Notes under the pieces: model-generated
Seen by the model: the letters and a program-made list of their open reading frames with translations, nothing else
Database searches by the model: none
Told to the model about the DNA's origin: nothing
Translations under genes and position numbers: made by a program
In this document: in pieces, positions 1-9,520 of the stretch
How the letters are laid out: each line of letters starts with the position of its first letter
Position numbering within the stretch: position 1 is the first letter of the stretch
Source of the DNA: Octopus sinensis
Taxonomy: Eukaryota
Length of the DNA: 16,537 nt
Direction of reading: 5' to 3'
Assembly (NCBI RefSeq): GCF_006345805.1
Contig: NW_021825133.1
Coordinates: forward strand, 1 to 16,537

Positions 1-469
1 ACTTATAGCAATGTCAAGAGTTTTTTTTTTTACTAACAGTTTGCTGTCGATGTGTAAGCCAAGGTGCAGATACATTGTATGTATGTTATATATGACGTAT
101 ATAATATATAAATTATACATATATGTATACACAAACACACAAATGTATTATATGAGTGTGTGGGTGTATTTTTGTACATGTGCTCGTGTTAAATAATGAA
201 ATACTGTTGCATATGATTTCCTGTAGCAAAAATTTTTACAACTTCGTAATAGATACAAAAAGAAATTAAAATATGAACTCTATGCATCTTATTCCTCGTA
301 TTCTTTAATTGCAAAATCAAATTTCAAAACCCGCCTCATGTTGTGTATTTACGGCTAAAGCCCGAGGGAAGCACATGTATTGTTTTACTTAAATGAGAGA
401 AAATAAAGAAATGCGTGCGGAGTTGTTCTTTTATTTTAGGGATGTTATGTCATCGATGATGTCCGAGAA

Positions 470-745
470 AGATGGTTGTGCAATTTCTTGAACAACTTGC
501 GCAAGTGACTTGTTTACAGTGATCAAAGGCTTGTGTTGTACATTAGTTCACTCCCTCCATCAGATCAACGTTGCTTGTTCAAATGCAAGGTGTATCTTAC
601 GTCAGGTGTTGAAGTGTTAACAGGGCAACGTGAGATGAAGAGTTTCGCTCAAGAACACAATGCAGCTATCAGTCCCGGCCAGGAATTGAAACTACGACCT
701 CGAGATCGTGAGTGCAACACGTTAACCACTAAGCCACGCCCTCAC
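470..745 (-). mobile_element. Old tRNA-derived SINE, family D
   Basis: The minus strand begins GTGAGGGCGTGGCTTAGTGGTTAACGTG...GTTTCAATTCC (Pol III A and B boxes), followed by a core-like TGTGTTCTTGAGCGAAAC. The 3' part (GAGGGAGTGAACTAATGTACAACACAAGCCTTTGATCACTGTAAACAA) matches 9521-9600 on the plus strand. The left boundary is approximate. Confidence 0.75.
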
Positions 746-1719
746 ATCATCGATGACAGTGACATGGGAACGAGTCAGTTACGCATTCTTGCCTCACACA
801 TCACGTAAAAAACATACATGATTGAATGAACTCAGGACGCCATAATGTGTGTCAGAACGTATGGAATGGTAAGGTCTCATCATCTGCTGTAATCTGGCTT
901 GGAAAGAGGAGGATGAAAAACTTTCTCAAGAGCAGTCTGATGACCTATAGGAATTAATTATTGGTTAGTGTTTTGCCATAAAAGCCCAGGAAAATGATAC
1001 ACTTTATAACAAAATATATCTTCGGCACTATAAGATGTAACATGTGTACCACAGTGTGGCAGACAATAGGCCTCCTTCATGCATGCAATTGCATCTGGAT
1101 CAAACAAGTACTTACATGGTACAGAATAAATGCGTTAATAAGTCTTACAGATAATTAATAAAAGGAACTCAAAGAGAAGATAAATATGTCTTCTACAGAA
1201 AAGGAAGACCCGACGACAGTGTATTTGAAACTTCGGTACTACATGTGACTTGTGATATGTTCCCTGTCCATTGGAAAAAGATGGAGTGGCCATAGATGGA
1301 ATACTCTTGGTTACAGGTCTGCTCAATCTGAGTCAACCTAGGACTAAACAACAACGCCAGCGATAGAAAAGCGTCCGTTTGGAAAGAAACTTCTCGATAG
1401 AAGAAAATGCTTTGTAATAAATACTCTCTTTGAAACCTACATCTGTTTGTATTCTTGTTTGTATTAGGCATGCATTGCCTAATTCTGAAGTCACATTTTT
1501 CTATGCTTAGAGTGGAAATAAAATAATAGCTAAAAACGAGTCAGTTTTTTGGATGGATGGTCATCCTGACATTGTTTAACTGTTTTAAGGTCAAGTGAAA
1601 CCAGAGTGACAACTTCCATCATACAGTTTCATTTTAGAAACCTTATGTCATTGAAAACCTTCACCAATAACATGCATCCAATGATCCATCAGAGTCAATA
1701 TTCAATTTCAAAAAGGCAG

Positions 1720-2150
1720 TTTATGTCTTTTGATGAACCTAAAGAAACGGGGGAAACATTTCTTAACAATATATTGATGGTAAAAATTCGTCAAAAGCAA
1801 CAAATTGCATTTGCAGTTGATTTTTATGGAATTACAATAAGGTTTTCTGTCCAAATGTAAGATAGCTTATTCTTCGTTCAAGCTCCCTTTGTACATGATG
1901 AAACATTTTTTTTAAATGCTACATGAAACAGTAACGAATGAACTGGGATGAGTGAGGCTCCAAGATGATGCAGAATAGTTGTTTGAGATGAATGCACAAT
2001 GTCTCACTTAAAAGCACAACAAGTTCCGGACAGGATATTACACGATGTCAATATAAACAAAGGAGCCGCTTCGGTTGTGCTGGAAATGCCTGTGTTTCCC
2101 AGGAGAAAACACAAACAGATAAACATAATGCTTGCTTCAAAAAGCAGAAT
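1720..2150 (+). pseudogene. Decayed Helitron RepHel PIF1-type helicase fragment
   Basis: Colinear degenerate motifs across frameshifts and stops: FDEPKETGETFL (cf. FLDAPGGTGKTFL, 1729-), KIRQKQQIAFAVDFYGI (cf. IRSQxKIALAVASSGI), AYSSFKLPL at 1865-1891 (cf. AHSxFKLPL), VV*DECTMSH...DRILHDV at 1978-2050 (cf. IVWDECTMSH...DRTLxDI), and NACFK at 2127-2141 (cf. NACLK). It may extend upstream to about 1430, which is not certain. Confidence 0.8.
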
Positions 2151-2561
2151 GACAACCACCATCACATGCTTCTACTTGAGTCTCCTTGTATCAATGAAAC
2201 CCTTCACCAATGAGCTGTAAACAATGAGCCATTAGTGCAAATGTTTAATATCAGGAAGGTGACTCAATTCTAGAAACGCTTGTTGCTGTCAAAGAGTTGC
2301 AGCCATACTGTGGCACCACCTCGATCGGTTTTTAATCGAATAAAAATATTGACCTTAGTACTTAGGATGATTTCAAGAGAAACACAACAAAACCACGCTT
2401 ATCTGCCAACATGTGAATCCATCTGTTCAATTATCTGAGCAATTTCAAAAACAATATATTGCATCCAGGCAATGGCAAAGCCAAACCAGGAGCAGAAACG
2501 AGAAAAATTTACATGAAAATATTCAATAAAACAATATCATTTGGTTAGGAACTGAGAGATA

Positions 2562-2719
2562 GGCGTAGGAGTGGCTGCGTGGTAAGTATCACATGGTTCC
2601 GGGTTCAGTCCCACTGCGTGGCACCTTGGGCAAGTGTCTTCTACTATAGCCTCGGGCCGACCAAAGCCTTGTGAGTGGATTTAGTAGACGGAAACTGAAA
2701 GAAGCCCGTCGTATATATG

Positions 2720-2750
<31 letters not shown>

Positions 2751-3004
2751 ATGTGTGTGTGTGTGTGTGTGTGTGAGTGTATAGGTTTGTATGTCTGTGT
2801 TTGTCCCCCCAACATCGCTTGACAACCGATGCTGGTGTGTTTACGTCCCCGTAACTTAGCGGTTCGGCAAAAGAGACCAATAGAATAACTACAAGGCTTA
2901 CAAAGAATAAGTCCTGGGGGGGTGGGGTCGATTTTCTCGACAAAAGGCAGTGCTCCAGCATGGCCGCAGTCAAATGACTGAAACAAGTAAAAGAATAAAA
3001 GAGT
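2562..3004 (+). mobile_element. SINE family A, near full length, with internal (TA)n(TG)n
   Basis: tRNA-like head GGCGTAGGAGTGGCTGCGTGG...GGTTCAGTCCC, core-like CACCTTGGGCAAGTGTC, internal microsatellite at about 2712-2780, and a 3' module ending CAGCATGGCCGCAGTCAAATGACTGAAACAAGTAAAAGA. Matching copies recur throughout the window. Confidence 0.92.
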
Positions 3005-3500
3005 AAATAGTCTTCGTAAAAACTTCTGGAAAACTACCAGAATCATAGTATTGCAAATACGCTGTCACAGTTTTTGCAACGATCTTCTAAGAACCATTGC
3101 TACAAGTCAATAAGTAGACACAATTCTTGAATCGACTCAAGTGTTTAACTATCATTTACCATTTATTTGTTTCGGTCATTGGTCTGCGACCATGCTGGGG
3201 CACTGCCTTGAAGGGTTTTAGCCAAATAAATCGAATCTCTCCACCAAATAGTTATGAATAATTTTTTTTAATATATAGCACTTATTCTATCGGTTCTCTT
3301 TAACTGAACCGATATGTTACAGGAACGTGAACAAACTAACAACGGTTGTTAAGATGTGGGGGGAACAAACACACACACAGAGAATGTATGTATGCATATA
3401 TATACATATATATGTGTACATAAATGTATGTATATCTATCTATCTATCTACATACATATGTATATGCATATTAGTGTTTATATATATATATATATGAGGG

Positions 3501-3531
<31 letters not shown>

Positions 3532-3592
3532 CTATACATATGTATATATATGTATATATATGTGTGTATATATGTATGTATATATATATATA

Positions 3593-3737
3593 TAGCGGTT
3601 CGGCAAAAGGGACCGATAGAATAAGTACTGGGCTTACAAAGAATAAGTCCCGGGGTCGATTTGCTCGACTAAAGGCGGTGCTCCAGCATGGCCGCAGTCA
3701 AATGACTGAAACAAGTAAAAGAAAGATAAAAGATAAG
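3593..3737 (+). mobile_element. 5'-truncated SINE family A 3' end, flanked by (TA)n
   Basis: TAGCGGTTCGGCAAAAGGGACCGATAGAATAAGTAC...GACTGAAACAAGTAAAAGAAAGATAAAAGA is nearly identical to 2857-3000. Confidence 0.9.
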
Positions 3738-3789
3738 ATATATATATATATATATATATATAAATGAGGGTACATATGTATATATATAT

Positions 3790-4172
3790 GGAATGGAGGC
3801 GCTCCATCTGTTACGACGACGAGGGTTCCGGTTGATCCGATCAACGGAACAGCCTGCTCCTGAAATTAACGTGTAAGTGGCTGAGCACTCCACAGACACG
3901 TGTACCTTAACGTAGTTCTCGGGGATATTCAGCGTGACACAGGAGTGACAAGGCCGGTCCTTTGAAATACAGGTACAACAGAAACAGGAAGTACGAGTGA
4001 GAGAAAGTTGTGTGTGGTGAAAGAGTACAGCCGGGATCACCACCCCACCCTGCGGAGCCTCGTGGAGCTTTAGGTGTTTTCGCTCATAAACACTCACAAA
4101 GCCCGGTCGGGAATCGAACCGCGATCCTACGACCGCGAGTCCGCTGCCCTAACCACTGGCCATTGCGCCTCC
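3790..4172 (-). mobile_element. tRNA-derived SINE, family C, full length
   Basis: The minus-strand head GGAGGCGCAATGGCCAGTGGTTAGGGCAGCGGACTCGCGG...GGTTCGATTCCCG has clear A and B boxes. About 180 bp of the 3' region is shared with 14571-14751. It is flanked by (TA)n on both sides. Confidence 0.9.
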
Positions 4173-4193
4173 ATATATATATATATATATATA

Positions 4194-4232
<39 letters not shown>

Positions 4233-4295
4233 ATATATATATATATATATATATAATATTATATATATATAGATATATATATATATATTATTATA

Positions 4296-4388
<93 letters not shown>

Positions 4389-4407
4389 TATATATTATAC
4401 ATACATA

Positions 4408-4450
<43 letters not shown>
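4173..4450. repeat. Long, nearly pure (TA)n microsatellite
   Basis: Directly visible; about 280 bp of almost only A and T. Further TA-rich tracts lie at 3381-3592 and 3738-3789. Confidence 0.97.
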
Positions 4451-4955
4451 CACGATGGGCTTCCGCACAGTTTCCGTCTACAAAACTCAATCACAAAGTA
4501 TTAGTCGGCCGGCTCAGGTATATTGTAGACACGACACTTGCCTAAGTTACAGCGCTGTGGAACAGGAACCGAAACCACGTGGTTTGCAAAGCGAGCTTCT
4601 TTATTACACAGCCATACTTGCGCCTGTAATTTTCCAAATTCCATCAGGTCCTTCTTCTGGTACAATCATACTGATTCCGTGTTAAAGCAGAAGCAGCCAA
4701 CACACTCCTTGCGAACCTGACACTACCTATACCTGCGCAAACCTGATTGGCTAATGATGACACAATTAGACTTTCCGGATGTAGCAAAGATGATTTGTGT
4801 ATACATACCACAAATTCCTATAATTTTTGTTAGTGTACATATGATATTCCACTTCAAGAGAATTTGTATTTCCGTGTGTCGAAGCTTCTACAATGTTCAA
4901 CAACAACCCCAAGATCAGATGTTAGCAGCAGCTACGCTGCATTAAGGAGTGCGGC

Positions 4956-5572
4956 TTCTTATTTCTTTACTGCCCACAAGGGGCTAAACATAGAGGGGAC
5001 ATGCAAGGACAGATAAAAGGATTAAGTCGATTACATCGACCCCAGTGCGTAACTGGTACTTAATTTATCGACCCCGAAAGGATGAAAGACAAAGTCGACC
5101 TCGGCAGAGTTTGAACTCAGAACGTAACGGCAGACGAAATACCTATTTCTTATTTCTTTACTACCCACAAGGGGCTAAACACAGAGAGGACGAACAAGGA
5201 CAGACAAAGGAATTAAGACGATTATATCGACCCCAGTGCGTAACTGGTACTTAATTTATCGACCCCGAAAGGATGAAAGACAAAGTCGACCTCGGCAGAA
5301 TTTGAACTCAGAACGTAACGGCAGACGAAATACCTATTTCTTATTTCTTTACTACCCACAAGGGGCTAAACACAGAGAGGACGAACAAGGACAGACAAAG
5401 GAATTAAGACGATTATATCGACCCCAGTGCGTAACTGGTACTTAATTTATCGACCCCGAATGGATGAAAAGCAAAGTCGACCTCGGCGGAATTTGAACTC
5501 AGAACGTAATGGCAGACGAAATACTGCAAAGCATTTCGCCCGGCGTGCTAACGGTTCTGCCAGCTCGCCGCC
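4956..5572 (-). mobile_element. SINE family B head-to-tail trimer (191-bp period, single intact head)
   Basis: Units about 4956-5143, 5144-5334 and 5335-5525, plus a head at 5526-5572 (GGCGAGCTGGCAGAACCGTTAGCACG on the minus strand). B-box-like GAGTTCAAAT in each unit; tails (A)AAGAAATA. Confidence 0.93.
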
Positions 5573-5724
5573 TTCTGCATTAAGAAAGAAACCAGCTTCT
5601 TCTGTCACACAGAGCTTACTTGTAAGATGTTGGAAAGCCGAACAATCTTTATGCAAATGAATTCTCTCGAGGTGGGAAAACCATGCTCTGCATATTATAA
5701 TGAAGCATTCATTGAAAACTATTT

Positions 5725-6137
5725 GCCACTGTGTGGTTAAGTAGCTTGCTTCTGAACGATGTGATCTTCGGTTCGGTCCCACTCCACGGCACCTTTGGGG
5801 CAAGTGTCTCCTTCTATAGCCCTGAGCCGACCAAAGACTTGTGAGAGGATTTGGTAAGTAGAAACTGTGCGGAAGACTGTCATGTGTGTGTGTGTGGTGT
5901 TTCTTCTGTGTGTTTCCCCTCACCACCACCGTTTCATAATCGGTGTTGGCTTGTTTACGTCCCTGTAACTTAACGGTTTGGCAAAAGAGAATCCATAGAA
6001 TAAAAACCAGACTCTAAAAAAAAAAAAAAAAAACCTCAAAGTACTTGGGTAGATTTTTTTTAAAACTAAAACCCTTCAAGGCGATGCCCCAGCATGGCTG
6101 CAGTCCAATGACTAAAACAAGCGAAAGATAAAAGATA
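5725..6137 (+). mobile_element. Diverged SINE family A-type copy
   Basis: Head TGTGTGGTTAAGTAGCTTGC...GGCAAGTGTCTCCTTCTATAGCC, short internal (TG)n, and tail CCCCAGCATGGCTGCAGTCCAATGACTAAAACAAG. Confidence 0.85.
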
Positions 6138-6208
6138 TATTTTGCCAGAATCAAAACTTTATTTTTCTTTTCCCTTTTTAATTATTATTATTCATCATCA
6201 ATAATCAT

Positions 6209-6210
<2 letters not shown>

Positions 6211-6285
<75 letters not shown>
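6211..6285. repeat. Compound trinucleotide repeat (CTA)16(CTG)9
   Basis: Directly visible; preceded by short ATT and TCA runs from 6181. Confidence 0.95.
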
Positions 6286-6286
<1 letters not shown>

Positions 6287-6464
6287 CGTCACTGTTATTG
6301 ACTTCAAATCTCCCTATTATACAGAATATAATGTCGTATGTTAAACCGTTGCATTTAGGTGGAATAATCGTTATTGTTTCTTTCAAGGAAGTAGACACAA
6401 AACCAACTCATCTGATTCTCTGTCAACACCGGAAATCCTATTACCGTATACGAATACACATTCA

Positions 6465-6969
6465 AATGTATGTATGTATGTGTGTGTGTATGTGTGTGTG
6501 TATGTAAGTGTGTATGTGTGTAAGTGTGTATGTACGTGTGTATGTATGTAAGTGTGTATGTATGCATGAATATATGTATGTGTGTATGTGTGTATATAAG
6601 TGTGTATGTATGTATATGTGTGTCTATGTAAGTGTGTATGTATGCATGTGTCTATATATGTATGTACATGTGTGTATGTATGTGTGTATGTACGTATGTT
6701 TGCATAAATATATATATATATATATGTAAGTTTGTGTGCATGAATGTATGTATGCATGTATGTGTGTGTAAGAATGTAAGTGTGTATGTATGTACGTATA
6801 TATGTATGTAAGTATGTATGTATGTACGTACGTACATATTTGCATGTGTGTGTGTGTATGTATGACAAACTTGACAAACAGTAGGAGTGGGTGAAAGAGT
6901 GACAGGTATATGTATGTTTATATATATATATGTATGTATTTATGCATGTGTGTGTGTGTGTGTTTGTGT

Positions 6970-7011
<42 letters not shown>

Positions 7012-7040
7012 ATATATATATGCATGTATTTATGTATATA
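6465..7040. repeat. Compound (TATG)n/(TG)n/(TA)n low-complexity tract
   Basis: Directly visible; it produces the HT/CV-rich artefact ORFs. Confidence 0.95.
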
Positions 7041-7047
7041 TGAGTGA

Positions 7048-7165
7048 ACTATTTCACCTCAGTTGGACCAGCTCTCATCAACATCGTGCCAGACGCACAT
7101 AAAGGAGGAAAGTGACTTCACAGAATTAAAACGATGCCTAGATGATTATCCCTAACAAATACCAT
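7048..7165 (+). pseudogene. LINE (L2/CR1-group) ORF2 C-terminal remnant
   Basis: Translates, with one frameshift, as NYFTSVGPALINIVPDAHK/EESDFTELKRCLDDYP*QIP. This fits the L2/CR1-group ORF2 end pattern GPxLFNxLPxxIxExxDxxxFKxxLDxFLxxIPD as I recall it. Confidence 0.6.
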
Positions 7166-7240
7166 GTATTATAATTGCTTCAGATGATTCCTGTTTTTAA
7201 AGGGTTTTTTTTAAAAATCATATGGCTGTGTTATTTTTTT

Positions 7241-7372
7241 TTTACCCCCGCCAAAGAGGTTATGCTTTTGCAGGCGTTGGTTTGGGAAATTGGGCAATTT
7301 GCAGCACGCGTGTATATAGGTGGAAATGAGCTGCTCGGCGGAGGTCTGCGCTCTCAGAGTGCTTTTCTAGTT
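7241..7372 (+). mobile_element. Helentron/DINE-1-like (HINE) non-autonomous mini-element
   Basis: Inverted subterminal repeats ACCCCCGCC (7244-7252) and GGCGGAGGT (7337-7345), then a 3' hairpin GCGCTCT-C-AGAGTGC (7348-7362) and CTAGTT. T-rich flanks on both sides. Confidence 0.6.
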
Positions 7373-7400
7373 TAATGTTTGTTTTTATGCCAAGTTATAT

Positions 7401-7440
7401 ACTTTTATTGGTTTCAGTCAGTGGCCATGCTGGGGCACCA
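7401..7440 (-). mobile_element. Short SINE family A 3'-end fragment
   Basis: GTTTCAGTCAGTGGCCATGCTGGGGCACC is the reverse complement of the A tail motif, with an internal deletion. Confidence 0.55.
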
Positions 7441-7622
7441 CCATAAAAGAAAGTACTACACCCGACGAAATGTCCCGTACTCTACCTACCGACTGAGCGA
7501 ACAATAAACCGATTTATCATTAAACTGAAGGATTCACCATTACTTTTTTAGTGGAGTAACATACGTTTTAACTTATGCATGGAAAGGGCTGACAGTCACT
7601 TCGATGTCTACACGTGTGTGTG

Positions 7623-8248
7623 AGTGTGTGTGCGGTAAAAACTTGCTTCCCAACCACATGGCTCCGGGTTCAGTGCTACTGCTTGGCACCTTCGGCAAGT
7701 GTCTTTTATTATAGCCTCTAGCTGACCAATGACTTGTGAATAGATCTAGCAGATGGAAACTGAAAGAAGCCCCTTGTGTGTATGTATATATACATAAAAT
7801 GTAACTACATGTGAATCGTTGGCGATTTTCTTCCTCCGTAATCCCTTCTATTGGACTTTCCTCTGTTTCCGAAGAAGAGCGACTGCTCGAAACGTTAGGC
7901 CATCTTTCTTTCGTCCCTGAGCGTCTGCTAATACTTTACATGTACCAAGTCATCGCGTTGTTGTGTTTTTTTGCGTTTGTTCTTCTTTTTTGGATTTACT
8001 GTGTGTGTGTGTATGTATATCTATGCGAGTGTATCTGTGTTTGTGTTTATACCCCCACCACCGCTTGAGGACTGGTTTCGGTGCGTTTGTGTCCCTATAA
8101 GCGGTTCGTCAAAAGGCACCGATAGAATAAGTGCTAGGCTTAAAAAAACAATTACTGGGGTCGATTCATTCCACATAAAGAAATTCAAGATGGTGTCCCG
8201 GCATGACCGTAGTCTAATGATTGATACAAATGAAAAGATTAAAAAAAG
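7623..8248 (+). mobile_element. SINE family A interrupted by an insertion in its internal microsatellite
   Basis: Head at 7623-7772 ending GAAAGAAGCCC; tail at about 8030-8248 (CCCCCACCACCGCTTG...GATAGAATAAGTG...CATGACCGTAGTCTAATGA); an unrelated sequence lies between them at about 7800-8000. Confidence 0.8.
7800..8000 (+). mobile_element. Penelope-like terminal remnant with a degenerate hammerhead-like motif (7869-7896)
   Basis: CCGAAGA-A-GAGC-GACT-GCTC-GAAA-CGTT resembles CUGANGA / stem II / GAAA / palindromic stem III. A related copy lies at 15165-15330 on the minus strand. Confidence 0.5.
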
Positions 8249-8552
8249 GTATGTACACATACACACACACATACACTCATACATACACACACTCATGCAT
8301 ACATACACACACACACGCACACACACAGATGCAGACGCACGCACCCACACACGCACACGTACACAAGCACATACACGCAGATACTCAGGCAGCCGCCAAA
8401 AGAAGGCGTTTCGTTATAGCATCACAGTTTGAAGCTGATGACAGCTAAAGTAGGCGCCTGAATAGGAAGGTCTTCATCAGAGATAAACAAGGCAATTACG
8501 TAGTTAAGGATATATTATACTTTGCCCCAGAGCGACGAAATGTCCCTTACTC

Positions 8553-9121
8553 CAGCGCTTTTCAAACTTTTTTGTCGCGACCCATTTTATTTATTGCACG
8601 ACGCACTGAAGGGTTGGGGCCCACAGTTTGAAAAACGCTGGTTTATATTCTTCACTTTGTACCCAGATGCGTTTTTTTCCCTTCCTTTTTGTCGTGACCC
8701 ATATTATTTATCTCACGACGCACTGAAGGGTTGGGGCCCACAGTTTGAAAAACGCTGGTTTATATTCTTCACTTTGTACCCAGATGCGTTTCTTTTCTTT
8801 CCTTCCTTTTTGTCGCGACCCATATTATTTATCTCACGACGCACTGAAGGGTTGGGGCCCACAGTTTGCAAAACACTGGTTTATATTCTTCACTTTGTAC
8901 CCACTTGCGTTTTTTTTTTCTTTCCTTCCTTTTTGTCGTGACCCATATTATTTATCTCACGACGCACTGAAGGGTTGGGGCCCACAGTTTGAAAAACACT
9001 GGCTTATATTCTTCACTTCGTACCTGCTTATGTTTTTTTCCTTCCTTCAATTTTATCGCGACCCATTTTACATATCTCGTGACCCACTGAAGGGTCTGGA
9101 GCCACAGTTTGAAAAACGCTG
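8553..9121. mobile_element. hAT (Charlie-like) MITE expanded into a five-unit tandem array
   Basis: Left TIR CAGCGCTTTTCAAAC at 8553. Right TIRs GTTTG(A/C)AAAAC(G/A)CTG end at 8640, 8757, 8878, 9001 and 9121 (periods 117, 121, 123, 120). The outer 8-bp flanks CCTTACTC and CCCTAGTC match at 6 of 8 positions. Confidence 0.75.
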
Positions 9122-9520
9122 CCCTAGTCCATCTCCATTGTTCATTGGATGGATGGATGGGTGGATGGATGGATGGGTGGGTGGATAGATAGAGGGAGGG
9201 ATGTGTGTTTATATATGGGTACATGGAGACAAGGACTCAAATAAACAGATAAAACCTTGGGTTTTAATGTACAAAATATATATACAATGTATACATGCAA
9301 AAATCGAAGGCAGACACAAAATTTTTCAGAAGATTATCAATCAAGTATGACTATATAGATATATATTTTCTATAGAGCAAACTTACTCAAACACTTGGAT
9401 TCCCCTTATAGCCATTCTTTACCCCGTTGGCTTGATCCTCCATCGGAGTGGCAGTTCAAATCATTTGAGCGCTACTACTTTCAATATTGAGATTCAGTCG
9501 TTCTCATCTGTTGACTCTTG

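Larger units (their letters stand above)
3152..4625 (-). mobile_element. SINE family A split by expansion of, and insertions into, its internal microsatellite (3' half 3152-3380, 5' half 4451-4625)
   Basis: 3152-3380 is the reverse complement of the A 3' module and 4451-4625 is the reverse complement of the A head. They are in the same orientation and each ends where the internal microsatellite lies in intact copies. Confidence 0.7.

Noticed and set aside
1110-1200. Minus-strand AG...GTAAGT bounded segment
   Set aside because: All three frames contain stops, and it lies in the probable Helitron-derived region.
4095-4172. tRNA gene
   Set aside because: A and B boxes are present but continue into a SINE body and lack a proper acceptor stem, so this is a SINE head.
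4741-4785. CCAAT box (CTGATTGGCT) and nearby TTCCGG
   Set aside because: Isolated short motifs with no other promoter evidence.
5045-5660. Three near-identical ORFs beginning MRNWYLIYRPRK (similar ones at 15013)
   Set aside because: They are antisense translations of SINE family B units, not a protein family.
6198-6398. Poly-Ser ORF
   Set aside because: It comes from the (CTA)n(CTG)n microsatellite, with no splice or composition support.
8405-8482. CTGATGA motifs on both strands as possible hammerheads
   Set aside because: I could not build a stem II plus GAAA in canonical geometry. The 7-bp inverted repeat is compatible with chance.
8553-9121. CRISPR-like appearance of the array
   Set aside because: The intervening segments are near-identical rather than unique spacers, the context is eukaryotic, and there are no cas genes.
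8522-9188. Repetitive 139-147 aa ORFs (CRDPYYLSHDALKGWGPQFEK)
   Set aside because: They are translations of the MITE tandem array, and unit lengths shift frame.
9387-9520. Possible exon (minus-strand GTAAGT donor at 9386; plus-strand acceptor at about 9411)
   Set aside because: Minus frames hit stops before the donor, and plus frames either stop early or run into a SINE fragment without a donor.
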